Part shown: in pieces, positions 28,239-38,796 of the stretch
How positions within the stretch are numbered: position 1 is the stretch's first letter
Layout of the letters: each line of letters opens with the position of its first letter
Virus record (IMG/VR): IMGVR_UViG_3300046786_000599
Length of the DNA: 64,000 nucleotides
Source: an uncultured virus (IMG/VR IMGVR_UViG_3300046786_000599)
Taxonomy: Duplodnaviria; Heunggongvirae; Uroviricota; Caudoviricetes
Strand: one strand, 5' to 3'
Notes under the pieces: model-generated
What the model saw: only the letters and a program-made list of their open reading frames with translations
Database searches by the model: none
What the model was told of the DNA's origin: nothing
Program-made: the position numbers and the translations under genes

Positions 28239-30242
28239 TTAATGATGTCCTGATAACTGATAAACCGTCTCCCAATTGCCGTATAAATAGGCTCCCTTTT
28301 TGTTTCCATACCAAACAACTTCTTTATACCATTCGTTCCAATCCATATATACAGTTTTTGTTCTTTGGATTTTGTAAGTTGTTGGCGTTTTGTTTAGTGT
28401 AGCAGAACCTTGTTCCAAAAACGTTCTATAAAACGACATTATATCGTGGTTCAAATTAACCTCAACATCGTTCAGTTGAAATGGCAGTTTCAATAAAGCT
28501 CTATTCAATTGAATTGATTCTTTGAGAGGTTCTAAACACGATTCTTTGTCGTTTTCTAGTGCTAGTTCAGATAACAATTCAAAACACTCTTCATAAAACT
28601 TATCTATTTGATTGAATTTAGCCATTTTAATAAAAACGTATTCATCAGCAGGCCACCAGATGTTCAACCACTGTTTTGCTTCACAATATTCAGACCCGCC
28701 CGTTTGAATATCTTTTGCTTTCCAAACAAAGAATTCTCTGATATTCCACAAAACGCTCCATTTTTTAAGACGGTTTTCATCCATAAAAGCGTCGAATATC
28801 TGTTTATATTTTAGCCCTGTTAAATTATGAAACAAAACAATGGGAATTTGAAGTAATTTATCAAAATGAAGCAAAGCAGTCATCCAACAATAAGCTCTGG
28901 TTTTTAACCAGTCTTCTTTTGGCATAGAATCGGTTCCAACAACCAAAACCTGTTTTTCTCTTATAGATGGATCGTCTATTTCTTCATCTAAAGAACCATG
29001 AAAGTTTATAATATCCGTAACTACTTTAACCATACCAAACTTTTTTTGGTATTCTGGATTTCCCATTTCAGCGTTTGGTAATATTGAAAGATTGTTGAAC
29101 TGAATTCGGTTATGCTGCCCGTTAGTAATAATTTGATCAATGCCGTTGGTAAAAGATTCATAGGTTTCGCCTGGCATTGCTAGAATCATGTCAGAGTAGG
29201 TTTCAACTTTATCTTTCATAAACCTACGTTGAAGTTCTTGATAAGATTCCAGTGAAATATTGTCTCTCTTGATGTTTTTGAGAGTAGTTGTATCCATTGA
29301 TTGAACGGATAGTGTTACACCCTTGTTCAATCCAGCATCCGATAACATTTTCTGAACTGTATAAGACCTATCAGTAGCATTTTTAGTGTTTTGAACAGAT
29401 AAAGCTTTTGGGTATCCTTTTTTAAGTTTAGAATCAACTACATATTTTGTAATATCAATGTCTCTTACAAGAATGCCATAATTAGCATCACAACAGAATA
29501 TAAATTCAATCTTGTGATCGCTAAACCAATCTATTTCTTTGTAAAGCCTTTGCTCATCAAACTTACTAATTTTAACTTGGATAGCAGACCCCCAATCACA
29601 ATACGTACATTGAAAAGGACACCCCCGGTTTGTTTCCCATAATGCCAACCACTGTTCTTCTGGGTTTTGTTTGATGATGTTATCAAACATTCCTGATAAG
29701 TAAGGTGAAGGAATTTCATCTAAAGTTTTAAACCTACCTTTTTTTGGAATAGTAAAGAGTTTATCGTTTATAGAATAAGATATTCCAGGAACATCACTCC
29801 AATCTAAACAATTCCAGTGAATATGATTTGGTTTTTTCGACAATTTTTCAAGAATCAGTGTAAAAATGTGTTCTCCCTCACCATGCACAGCCATATCTAC
29901 AAACGAAGAATTTAATTTTAACCATTCCTCGATTTTATCTGGAACCTGAGGACCGCCTACAATAATAAAACAGTTTGGATTAACTTCACGCAATTCTTTG
30001 GCAATTTTAAGAGATATTTTTTCATTCCAAACATATAGGCTGAATCCAATTACATCACAGTTTTTCAATTTTTCAACAGCAGATTTAACCGAGATTCTTT
30101 TATAGATTATATCTGTAAACTCAAATTCGTTTATACATTTACAATGTTGTAGAGCATAAGATTGAATTATTCCTACGGAATATGGAAAATAATTTTGTCC
30201 AGAAAAACTATTATTGATTTGTATCAGTCCGACTTTTTTCAT
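28239..30242 (-). CDS. B12-binding radical SAM protein
   Basis: GFSLYVWN, VGGPQV, HGEGE, ETNRGCPFQCTYCDW. Confidence 0.9.
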   Translation of the reverse strand: MKKVGLIQINNSFSGQNYFPYSVGIIQSYALQHCKCINEFEFTDIIYKRISVKSAVEKLKNCDVIGFSLYVWNEKISLKIAKELREVNPNCFIIVGGPQVPDKIEEWLKLNSSFVDMAVHGEGEHIFTLILEKLSKKPNHIHWNCLDWSDVPGISYSINDKLFTIPKKGRFKTLDEIPSPYLSGMFDNIIKQNPEEQWLALWETNRGCPFQCTYCDWGSAIQVKISKFDEQRLYKEIDWFSDHKIEFIFCCDANYGILVRDIDITKYVVDSKLKKGYPKALSVQNTKNATDRSYTVQKMLSDAGLNKGVTLSVQSMDTTTLKNIKRDNISLESYQELQRRFMKDKVETYSDMILAMPGETYESFTNGIDQIITNGQHNRIQFNNLSILPNAEMGNPEYQKKFGMVKVVTDIINFHGSLDEEIDDPSIREKQVLVVGTDSMPKEDWLKTRAYCWMTALLHFDKLLQIPIVLFHNLTGLKYKQIFDAFMDENRLKKWSVLWNIREFFVWKAKDIQTGGSEYCEAKQWLNIWWPADEYVFIKMAKFNQIDKFYEECFELLSELALENDKESCLEPLKESIQLNRALLKLPFQLNDVEVNLNHDIMSFYRTFLEQGSATLNKTPTTYKIQRTKTVYMDWNEWYKEVVWYGNKKGAYLYGNWETVYQLSGHH

Positions 30243-30250
30243 ATAATAGT

Positions 30251-31201
30251 TTAAATATCTGAAAACGGACAATTTGTGTTTTTAATAATAGGACAAGCTT
30301 TCAATACTTCACAAATTGTATCGTCTAAAGAATATTCTGGATTAAATCCTAACTTTTCTAGTTTTTCATTAGAAACAATATAATTTCTCTGATCAGGATC
30401 TTTGTTAATTTCCGACTCAGTGATATAGAAGTCCGGAACTTGTTTCTTGATAGCCAAACATAGGTCCATTTTATTAACGTTAGCAGATGTGTTTCCTAAA
30501 TTATAAACTTGTCCTACCATTTTTGAATGTCCAATAGAAAAACTAATAACATTTGCTACATCTCTAATATGAACGAAGTTTCTAAGGAAACTTGATTCAA
30601 ATAAAACTATAAACTTATCGTTCCAAGCTCTCCATGTAAAATCGTTAACCAGAAGATCCATTCTCATTTTTCTAGAAACTCCCATGACTGTAGCTAAACG
30701 AAATGTAATGTTGTTCCCAGAGGCCATAATAGCCTTCTCAGCAGCACATTTGGTTTTGCCGTATAAAGAGATTGGATTAAGTGGTGTCTCCTCCGTACAA
30801 AATACTGCTTTTCCGTTGGTATGAGTTCCTAATCCATATCCCGAATTGGTATTTGCATGAATTACAAGTTGGTTTTTACTTACTTTGGAAGCAAGGAATT
30901 CTGCACTATCTTGGTTAACTTGTTTGGTTTCTATAGGAAAACGGTTACACAGAGGCATTCCAACATATGCGGCTAAATTTATGATAACATCGTGTTGTTT
31001 AATAAGTTTTTCATAAAGTTCATAGTTTCGTACATCACCATACACAAAATTAAAATTGTCATACGAAGCATTCTCCAATATACCATGCTGTCGGTGAATC
31101 AAATTGTCAAAAACGGTTACATAATACTCATCTTCTAATAATTGCGGAGTTAAAATGTTTCCGATGTAACCCGCTCCGCCTGTAATTAATATTTTGCTCA
31201 T
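30251..31201 (-). CDS. NAD-dependent epimerase/dehydratase
   Basis: GGAGYIG, LAAYVGMPLC, YGKTK, RLATV..RMRMDLLVNDF. Confidence 0.88.
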   Translation of the reverse strand: MSKILITGGAGYIGNILTPQLLEDEYYVTVFDNLIHRQHGILENASYDNFNFVYGDVRNYELYEKLIKQHDVIINLAAYVGMPLCNRFPIETKQVNQDSAEFLASKVSKNQLVIHANTNSGYGLGTHTNGKAVFCTEETPLNPISLYGKTKCAAEKAIMASGNNITFRLATVMGVSRKMRMDLLVNDFTWRAWNDKFIVLFESSFLRNFVHIRDVANVISFSIGHSKMVGQVYNLGNTSANVNKMDLCLAIKKQVPDFYITESEINKDPDQRNYIVSNEKLEKLGFNPEYSLDDTICEVLKACPIIKNTNCPFSDI

Positions 31202-31204
31202 ATT

Positions 31205-32506
31205 TCAAAAAATATAGTTGTTTTCTCTGAGAAAATGTTGCATGTCTTTATAATTGTTAATAATTTCTTCGTTAGACATACTTTCTCCAAACGGAGTTGT
31301 TTTATCATAATGAAAAGACATAACAACTTCTTCCGCATCATCAAATCGACTGAATACATTTATCAATTTATCAAAATGTAAATCTTTGTCAAGATTTATT
31401 CCAAATTTTGTAGGATTTTTAAAAATTTCGGATCCTGGAATAGGGGTTAATATAGATAACAAAACGGAAGATGGTTTTATTTCTTCGACAAAATCTATAC
31501 TTTTTTTAACTATATCTTTTGGTTCTCCTGGAAGTCCAAAAATTAAGTTTAATCTTATACCTATATCATGGGTTTTTAAGTTTTGAAAAAACTCTTTGGA
31601 TTTCTCTACATTGGTTCTTTTGTTAATGTTATTAAGAACATTTTGACAAACACTTTCCATCCCAACAGCTAAATCAACACATCCTGACTCTTTTGCCATT
31701 TTTATCAGTTCTTCTGATATTCCATTTGAACGACAATTGCCTCTCCATTTGATGTTTGTTTTTTTAATACTATCTAAAACCACTGTTGTTTTTTTAACAT
31801 TTGGTGTTAGAATAGTATCGTCTTTAATAGCTAAAGCTTTAACTCCGTATTCTCTCTTTAGATATTCAATTTCTTCAGTTATTAAACTATCTGATCTAAA
31901 TCTTGGGTTAGATTGGTCCAAATTTGCACAAAAATGACATTTAAAATTACATCCTCTAGAGAATAGAACTGCTGTACCCAACAAGTCTTTATATTCTCCA
32001 TTTAGAGTTCCTGTTTCTGTTATAGCTGTTTTTGGTAAAAAACTTCGGTTAGAATGCGGATATTTGTTAATATCTAATGAACGCTTTTCTTCATAAATCT
32101 TTTTTAAACATCCGTTTTGATAGTCTTTTGTAATATCTACTATAAGTTCATCTCCTTCACCTATACACACCGAATCAAAGTATTTCAAACACTCTTCCAT
32201 GTATAGATTAACATGAATTCCGCCAGCTACGTGTTTTGCATTTGGATATTCTTTTTTAATTTCGTTAACCGTTCGTATTGTTTCCGGATAGTTAATGGTA
32301 GTAACAGAATATAAAAAAATATCGTTCTCTTTAATATAATAGATACAGTTTTCTTTTTTAATTCCTCTTAAATCTATAATGGATAAATCGGACGACCCTT
32401 TAAAATTATTTTCTAATATAGTAGTAAGATGTAAAGCATTTAAAGGTATATTTCTAAATGGTTTAAAATTAACGGAATCGTTTTGTATTATAAACGCAAT
32501 TTTCAT
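31205..32506 (-). CDS. B12-binding radical SAM protein (class B methylase-like)
   Basis: AGGIH, IGEGD, SRGCNFKCHFC, GMES, FGLPGE. Confidence 0.88.
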   Translation of the reverse strand: MKIAFIIQNDSVNFKPFRNIPLNALHLTTILENNFKGSSDLSIIDLRGIKKENCIYYIKENDIFLYSVTTINYPETIRTVNEIKKEYPNAKHVAGGIHVNLYMEECLKYFDSVCIGEGDELIVDITKDYQNGCLKKIYEEKRSLDINKYPHSNRSFLPKTAITETGTLNGEYKDLLGTAVLFSRGCNFKCHFCANLDQSNPRFRSDSLITEEIEYLKREYGVKALAIKDDTILTPNVKKTTVVLDSIKKTNIKWRGNCRSNGISEELIKMAKESGCVDLAVGMESVCQNVLNNINKRTNVEKSKEFFQNLKTHDIGIRLNLIFGLPGEPKDIVKKSIDFVEEIKPSSVLLSILTPIPGSEIFKNPTKFGINLDKDLHFDKLINVFSRFDDAEEVVMSFHYDKTTPFGESMSNEEIINNYKDMQHFLRENNYIF

Positions 32507-33396
32507 TATAAATTTCTAAGATATTTTTCAAAAAAATGATACGTAGTCCAGTTGTTTATTAAAGTCTGATGAGCATGTTCAGCGAGATGAACATATTTTT
32601 CATAATTGTTTAATATCTCATGTATTTTTTCTTCTAAATCCTTGTTGTCGTACCAATAGATAAAATCTTTATCCGGAGTAAACATGGTTTCGATTATTTT
32701 AAATTCTTCATAGTGACACAAAATGATGGATTTACATGCTGCTGCTTCTAATGTTCTGGTTTTTACTTGTGGTATGAATTTACATTTTTTTAAGTTTTTA
32801 AAGGCTTCGTGTTTTGGATATTTTTCATCCATTGGTATCCCTGACGTTTCGTAAAGACAATTAAACACCACTGATATTTTACTGTTGGCATTGAACTGCA
32901 TTTTGTCTTTGAAAGTAGCTCCTCTGTTTTTTCCGTAGTTAAAAGATACTATTGCGTTGTTAAATTTTTCTATTACACCGACCATGCCTCCGATAAAATC
33001 ATGAAATACGTGGCCGGTAAAATAAACATCATAATATTTAGTAAAATCAGTCGGTATGTTTTCTATGTTAAACATATTAAACCCACAGATTCTTTTGTCA
33101 CTTCCATATAAATCGTTATAAAACTTTGTTGTATATGGACAATTAGAAATTAACTTGTGAATTTTATTGTAGTTTTTCTTTACAGTTTCTTCAACGTGAG
33201 GAACCCAAAAATCATTTGGTTCTTCCCATAACATTAAAACAACGTTATCATATTTGTCAAAACAACTGAGAGAAGCACCAATTGGTGCTAGAGTGTAATC
33301 TGTTAAAGTAGGAATAGTTTCAAACATTTCCCAGTTTAAAAACCTAGCTTGATCCTGTGGGTTAAGAGCAATATATTCTTTAGGCAAACACTTCAT
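32506..33396 (-). CDS. Putative glycosyltransferase (GT-B, CgeB-like C-terminus)
   Basis: KTRTLEAAACK..FTPDKDFIYW..DLEEKI. Confidence 0.65.
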   Translation of the reverse strand: MKCLPKEYIALNPQDQARFLNWEMFETIPTLTDYTLAPIGASLSCFDKYDNVVLMLWEEPNDFWVPHVEETVKKNYNKIHKLISNCPYTTKFYNDLYGSDKRICGFNMFNIENIPTDFTKYYDVYFTGHVFHDFIGGMVGVIEKFNNAIVSFNYGKNRGATFKDKMQFNANSKISVVFNCLYETSGIPMDEKYPKHEAFKNLKKCKFIPQVKTRTLEAAACKSIILCHYEEFKIIETMFTPDKDFIYWYDNKDLEEKIHEILNNYEKYVHLAEHAHQTLINNWTTYHFFEKYLRNL

Positions 33397-34343
33397 AATT
33401 TTCTATAATAATCTAAAAGAAACTCTATACTATCACTGAGAGTATATTTCGGTTTCCATCCAGTTTTTAACGTAAATTTTGTTACATCCGGAATTTGCAT
33501 AGTAACATCAACCGGTCGAAGCAATTTTGGATCAACTTCTGTTATAATAGGAACGGATGAATGTTTGACAAGTTCAGTTAAAAATTCACCAACAGTCATG
33601 TTGTTACATCCACCAACATTATAAACTTCGCCGTAATCACACTTGGTCACAGAAACCCAATATGCTTCCATGTTATCTCTAACATCAATTATTGTTCTTG
33701 TTGAATCAAGATTTCCGTGAACTATCTTTTTACGATTTCCTCTTTCAATTTCCACTACTTGTCTAGCAAAGGCACTTGAAAAAATATCAGGTCTACGTGG
33801 GTTAATATATGTAAACGCTCTGGTTGTAATAATTGGAATTCCATAAGATAACCAATATGATTTACATAATTTTTCTTGAGCAAGTTTGCTTATTGCATAA
33901 ACGTTAATTGGGTCTACGGGATATGTTTCTTTTATAGGAGTATCTTCTTTTCTAACCTGACCATAAACCTCGGATGTTCCACAAAAATGAACAACAGGTT
34001 TCATATTGAGAATGCGTATTGCTTCTAGAAGGTTTAAAGTCCCATTGACGTTGTTATTGAAAATAGCAATAGGATTATCAAAACACAACCTTACATTGGC
34101 ATGTGAAGCCATATGAAAGATATAATCTGGTTTAGATTTTTCTAGAGTTCTTATTACAGAGCCCAAATCGGTTAAATCACATTCAAACATTGTAAGTCTA
34201 TTTTGAATGTTGGTTAGATTTGATGATCTATCTGTATGCCATCTTGTTAAACCCTGCACATTTAAATCCGGAACATTTACGAGATATTCCGCTAAATAAC
34301 TAGCACCGCTTCCGTTTATTCCTGTAATCAATGCATTTTTCAT
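33393..34343 (-). CDS. gmd: GDP-mannose 4,6-dehydratase-like SDR
   Basis: ALITGINGSGASYLAEYL, KPDYIFH, TSEVYG, YAISK, GNLDSTR, LLRPVDV. Confidence 0.75.
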   Translation of the reverse strand: MKNALITGINGSGASYLAEYLVNVPDLNVQGLTRWHTDRSSNLTNIQNRLTMFECDLTDLGSVIRTLEKSKPDYIFHMASHANVRLCFDNPIAIFNNNVNGTLNLLEAIRILNMKPVVHFCGTSEVYGQVRKEDTPIKETYPVDPINVYAISKLAQEKLCKSYWLSYGIPIITTRAFTYINPRRPDIFSSAFARQVVEIERGNRKKIVHGNLDSTRTIIDVRDNMEAYWVSVTKCDYGEVYNVGGCNNMTVGEFLTELVKHSSVPIITEVDPKLLRPVDVTMQIPDVTKFTLKTGWKPKYTLSDSIEFLLDYYRKL

Positions 34344-34346
34344 ATT

Positions 34347-35204
34347 TTAATCTGTGTGTGTTTGTTTTAAAAAGTCAAACACATCGAAACTGACATTTGG
34401 GTTCATGTATAAAACGCCGAATATTAGATTACTCGGAGATATGATCAGATGTCTACAATTTATTAAGTTAGTAACATCTTTTAATACATTGACATATTCT
34501 TCAGTTAAAGTTGTTCCTCTTTCAAACTCGGTTTGGTGTTCCCCAATTCTTTTCATAGTCAAACATAACATTTTATCTTTAAACTTTTTTGAACACAGAT
34601 CCAAAAATCCCTGTTGACTAGACGCTATGTATATATTATCATACTTTCCAGTTTCAAACGCAAGTTCTATTTGATCTAAATATTTTTTATGATATTCTTC
34701 TACGGACATCAACGTATGAAACGGAGTTCTTTTTCCATCGTTAGTATAATAAAACCGAAGAAATCTATAATTAACTCCCATCGTGTTTTCCGGAAGTCGT
34801 GGTTGTTGAATTAATTCAGAGTTAAACTTTACATTTTCTAAATAGATGTAGTTATACAACCGTCTTATGTGGTTTAATTCTGGTTCTGTATATAAAAGCC
34901 CTTGACAAAAAAACCAACCGCTATCATATTTGTTGAATATTGTCTCCCCAATATCTTCTTTATATGCTTCTTTTATCTGCTCTGTAAACAACGTTGAGTG
35001 TTGTACATTAGCGTTGTGTTCAAAATCGTGTAAAGCGTAATCATATTTCTGTTTAAAAAACACGTCAAATGCGTTTTTTTGAGGTATTCCTTCCCAATGA
35101 ATGTAGACGGGTATTTCGGTTCTCATGGAATACCAATACCACCCTAATGCAGCATTTAAATTACTAAAAAATCCAGCACTAAGTCTGTTTTTAACTAATA
35201 TCAT
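34347..35204 (-). CDS. NodZ/GT23-like O-fucosyltransferase
   Basis: AGFFSNLN, GVNYR, IYIASS, DVTNL..CRHLI..SN. Confidence 0.6.
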   Translation of the reverse strand: MILVKNRLSAGFFSNLNAALGWYWYSMRTEIPVYIHWEGIPQKNAFDVFFKQKYDYALHDFEHNANVQHSTLFTEQIKEAYKEDIGETIFNKYDSGWFFCQGLLYTEPELNHIRRLYNYIYLENVKFNSELIQQPRLPENTMGVNYRFLRFYYTNDGKRTPFHTLMSVEEYHKKYLDQIELAFETGKYDNIYIASSQQGFLDLCSKKFKDKMLCLTMKRIGEHQTEFERGTTLTEEYVNVLKDVTNLINCRHLIISPSNLIFGVLYMNPNVSFDVFDFLKQTHTD

Positions 35205-36009
35205 GATAATTTTTCCAATAACTTTCAATAAACTTCACTTCTTCTGATGTAGTTTTATTGTTTATGAGAGATTTCCAGTATTTGAACTGAATTAATTCAA
35301 ACGGCGTTCCAAAACAAACATAGTTGTCCGTTGGATGATGTATAACATACAATCCGTCTCTAATCATTTGATTATAAATCAACGTTACATAAAATTCTCC
35401 ATTAACTCGTTCATCATTTTCAATCATTTTTTTACAATACCGTTTTAGGATACTTCCTGTTCGAAAATAATAAATTCCGCTTGACGCATATTCATTTAAT
35501 GGGTCGTTAGTATAATATCCCTTTTCTCTTACTTCCAAAACCTGTTCATCATCTAACTTCAAATGAGCAAAGTTAATATTTCGCATTCTGTGGGGGTGTT
35601 TTCCTGTATGTGTAACCAAACAACCGTCACAATTAGTTTCAACTAACCGTTTTAAGAAATTGGAGTAATCCCATTTATGAGTCAAATCACAATAGGAAAT
35701 AATATAAGGTTCTCGATCTTCGATCAACTCTTCGATTTTTAAAAGAGATACAACAGGACCTTTTCGATGAGCAGGAATAACAACGACTTTAGAAAGTGGG
35801 TATAATTCTTCTACGATTTCATTTATTTTATAGTTTTTAACGTCTTGATCATTTACTATAAAAATGACGTTTTTAAAATCTATGTCCGGATACATGTCTA
35901 GAACATATTCTATAACGTATCTATCGTCTATTTTAATAAGTGGTTTAGCAATAAAACCTTCTTTTGTAAATCTTTCACTATTACCACTTAATGTAAAAAC
36001 AAATTTCAT
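35191..36009 (-). CDS. Sugar nucleotidyltransferase (BcbE-like)
   Basis: SGNSERF..KPLI, ISYCD, SSGIYYF, VNGEFYV, FGTP. Confidence 0.8.
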   Translation of the reverse strand: MKFVFTLSGNSERFTKEGFIAKPLIKIDDRYVIEYVLDMYPDIDFKNVIFIVNDQDVKNYKINEIVEELYPLSKVVVIPAHRKGPVVSLLKIEELIEDREPYIISYCDLTHKWDYSNFLKRLVETNCDGCLVTHTGKHPHRMRNINFAHLKLDDEQVLEVREKGYYTNDPLNEYASSGIYYFRTGSILKRYCKKMIENDERVNGEFYVTLIYNQMIRDGLYVIHHPTDNYVCFGTPFELIQFKYWKSLINNKTTSEEVKFIESYWKNYHDIS

Positions 36010-36503
36010 AAAATAATCTGGCAAAACCTATCTAATATGTTGTTTTTAACCTCTATAGGATAATCCGTACAAACTCCATAACAATTATTAAAATCATTTA
36101 GATTATAGACCGGAACCATTTCAGGCATGACAATAACAGCGTTTTTATTGGGAGGATATCCCGGTTTACAAAACATATTACGTTTTGAAGTCAATACATA
36201 ATTATCATTATCATGACCAAATACATTCAATTCTTTAAATTCTAACAAATATATTAACGATTCTATGTTTTTACAATGAACCCAAAGTTTATCAGAATGT
36301 TCCAACAAAAAATCTAAAGTATTTTTAAAAAATTTCTTTTTATCATAATCATGTCCAATGTATAAAACATCCCTTTCACACCAAATGTCGGTTTCTACAT
36401 CAAACCCTAAACTTATAGCTTTCAGAATAGATTCAAAAGTATTTTCTGATTCTCCATCTGATCCGTTTAAGTTTGCTCTGTGAGATATTATTTTCCGTTC
36501 CAT
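36006..36503 (-). CDS. Glycerophosphodiester phosphodiesterase-like protein
   Basis: ISHRAN..EN, GFDVETDIW, WVHCKN, GVCTDYP. Confidence 0.75.
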   Translation of the reverse strand: MERKIISHRANLNGSDGESENTFESILKAISLGFDVETDIWCERDVLYIGHDYDKKKFFKNTLDFLLEHSDKLWVHCKNIESLIYLLEFKELNVFGHDNDNYVLTSKRNMFCKPGYPPNKNAVIVMPEMVPVYNLNDFNNCYGVCTDYPIEVKNNILDRFCQIIL

Positions 36504-37282
36504 GCTAAATCTAATATATTGTTAATAGCTTCTTTGTTGAGTGTATATGGTCTGAGAGAATGAAAATCTATGTAATAATTATTTCTAAGGAGATGTTCGT
36601 CATAATTCATTTTACAACCACGACTTAAACATTGAGAAAAATCATACCAAAGACCTTCAAAAGCAATTGACTTTGTTTTTAGTTTATTTCTTATTTTTTC
36701 AGTTGAAAGATGTTCGCAACAACAATGATACATCATTTCTTCATTTCTGAAGGTTTCACAAAAAAATCCAAGACCATATTGTTTAGATTCATATATGAAC
36801 TTACAAGCTTCTTCAAACGTATCATGTAAATCGAGATTTTTATCAAATACATGTCCTTTAGCAACATGGTAATGACTTACAAGATCAGCTCCACCTTCTC
36901 TGGGCCCCTTTTCCATCCACAAATCGTGCGGGTCTGATATTTTGTTATAACCTAGATGAACATGATAATCGTCAGATATGTCTGTTATGTCATCAATAAA
37001 CCTCGTTCTCTGAAGAGGAAATAAATCAATGTCTCCTAATAACCAAGTTGTGTCCGGTTCTGTTTTTGCCCACCAAATCCTCGACCATAATAATTGTATT
37101 CTTCGTGGATATGGAAGTGGTTTAACACGAATGACTTTTCCATATTTTTCAGTTGCTGGCAAATCTCCAAAATATACAAGAACTGATTCTATCCCCAATT
37201 TTTCATAGAAAATTTTTGATATAGGTTCCCAAAAATCAAGATATTCATCTGATGAAGAGAAAAGAACTTTTTGTATTTTCAT
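36488..37282 (-). CDS. Putative glycosyltransferase-like protein
   Basis: YLDFWEPI, GDIDL (DxD), YIDFHSLRPY; island context. Confidence 0.5.
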   Translation of the reverse strand: MKIQKVLFSSSDEYLDFWEPISKIFYEKLGIESVLVYFGDLPATEKYGKVIRVKPLPYPRRIQLLWSRIWWAKTEPDTTWLLGDIDLFPLQRTRFIDDITDISDDYHVHLGYNKISDPHDLWMEKGPREGGADLVSHYHVAKGHVFDKNLDLHDTFEEACKFIYESKQYGLGFFCETFRNEEMMYHCCCEHLSTEKIRNKLKTKSIAFEGLWYDFSQCLSRGCKMNYDEHLLRNNYYIDFHSLRPYTLNKEAINNILDLAWNGK

Positions 37283-37296
37283 AGTGTGACTACTTT

Positions 37297-37325
37297 AATA
37301 TATCTGTTAAAAAACAAAATGTCAA
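37297..37325 (-). promoter_or_regulatory. Internal sigma70-like promoter
   Basis: TTGACA-17nt-TATATT on the minus strand in a 45-bp intergenic gap. Confidence 0.55.
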
Positions 37326-37327
37326 TT

Positions 37328-38134
37328 TTATTTTAAATAGTGTAAGTAAATATAATCTTCTGGAAGAGGAAGATTAATAGATCTTTTAAAGTTTTCTTCA
37401 ATTATATCTTTTTTAGAATTGTAGAAATCCTCATTATAAATCGATAAGTCGAAGTTGTCGGAAATTCTTACAATGCCTTCTTCAAGGAAAAAATCAGATA
37501 TACTATTTGCCCCCCAATAAATAGGAATTGTTCCTGTTACGAAACAATCAACAACTTTTTCTGTCCAATATCCTTCAGCAACAATGTTTTCTATCGAAAA
37601 CGAAAATCTATAATCATCCAACCCTTCGTTTTTGGATTCTATTCTTTTATAACCACTTCCAAAAACATCTAAATGTTCTTTATAAGTATCGACAATCAAA
37701 TGTCTGAGTTTATGTCCAGGAGCTTCTATTTTGTTAGACGCTATTATGGACCACAGTTTTGTCTTTGGGAAAATTTTTCTATCTTTACACCAAGTAAAAG
37801 CATGAGGCAACAAATAGGTGATTTCAGGATGTCTTTGTATTAGTTCATAATCATTACTAAACACATATTGAAAATCAGACAATACTCTTTGTTTAATAGT
37901 TGGATTATCTAAAAGTTTAGTATAAGGTCGTGTAAACCACGGCGACTCACAGAACCATCCAATGTTTAGTTTGGATTTATTTACGGATCTTGTTAAAACT
38001 TCTCCGTCGATATGGATAGAAACTGGGCCGGAATGATCAGTTTTGTTCCATTCTATATGTTTTGGGATTTCCCATCCGCATGATGATGGGGCGTGTTGAA
38101 ATGAACCGCCTACCATGTTAAAAACAATTTTCAT
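37328..38134 (-). CDS. GT10 (alpha-1,3-fucosyltransferase-like) glycosyltransferase
   Basis: SIIASNK, GHKLRH, YRFSFSIEN, YWTEKVVDCF..GTIPIYWG. Confidence 0.85.
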   Translation of the reverse strand: MKIVFNMVGGSFQHAPSSCGWEIPKHIEWNKTDHSGPVSIHIDGEVLTRSVNKSKLNIGWFCESPWFTRPYTKLLDNPTIKQRVLSDFQYVFSNDYELIQRHPEITYLLPHAFTWCKDRKIFPKTKLWSIIASNKIEAPGHKLRHLIVDTYKEHLDVFGSGYKRIESKNEGLDDYRFSFSIENIVAEGYWTEKVVDCFVTGTIPIYWGANSISDFFLEEGIVRISDNFDLSIYNEDFYNSKKDIIEENFKRSINLPLPEDYIYLHYLK

Positions 38135-38796
38135 TCTATCATATATTTGAATCCTGTTTCTTTATACGGTTTTATAACATGTACAACAGATAAAGTATTC
38201 ATTTTATATTTATACCCTTTTCTTAGAACTCTTTTTGACCACTCTAAATCTTCACATTCTCCCCAATGAAACCATTTGTTAAGAGGTTCTTTCTTCATCA
38301 GTTCCGTTTTGGCAACCCAATACGCTCCTGAGATATACATGTGTTTAAACTTATCATATGAATATGGGGCTAACAAACCAACTTTTCCATCTATAGTTTG
38401 GTTTTTGGGGTCATCCCAAGCTAACCAATCTCTAAACCGACGACCATCTGTATTGATAAGCATGTTCATACAAATATCCCAATGGTCACCAAATTCTAAA
38501 AATCCATTATACCAATCAGCATCAAACGCAAAATAATCATGTAAAAATACAATGTTTTCCTTTGATGCCGATTCTGTAATAAGATTCTTTTTTAAAGCAA
38601 TTCTAGGAGTATCATCAAACGGTATGTATTTAAAGTCACCATCTCCATTATAATTTGATGGACCGCCCACAACTATAATTTCGTAATTTTCTTTTTCCAA
38701 TCCATTTAAACTTCTTATAGAGTTGAGTATATGTGGCATGAAAACACATATTCTATTGGAAGTAACTATGCCGAATGTAAAATTCAATTTTTTCAT
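38131..38796 (-). CDS. Glycosyltransferase family 2-like
   Basis: FTFGIVT, YEIIVVG, KKNLI, FLHDY, EDLEWS. Confidence 0.75.
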   Translation of the reverse strand: MKKLNFTFGIVTSNRICVFMPHILNSIRSLNGLEKENYEIIVVGGPSNYNGDGDFKYIPFDDTPRIALKKNLITESASKENIVFLHDYFAFDADWYNGFLEFGDHWDICMNMLINTDGRRFRDWLAWDDPKNQTIDGKVGLLAPYSYDKFKHMYISGAYWVAKTELMKKEPLNKWFHWGECEDLEWSKRVLRKGYKYKMNTLSVVHVIKPYKETGFKYMIE

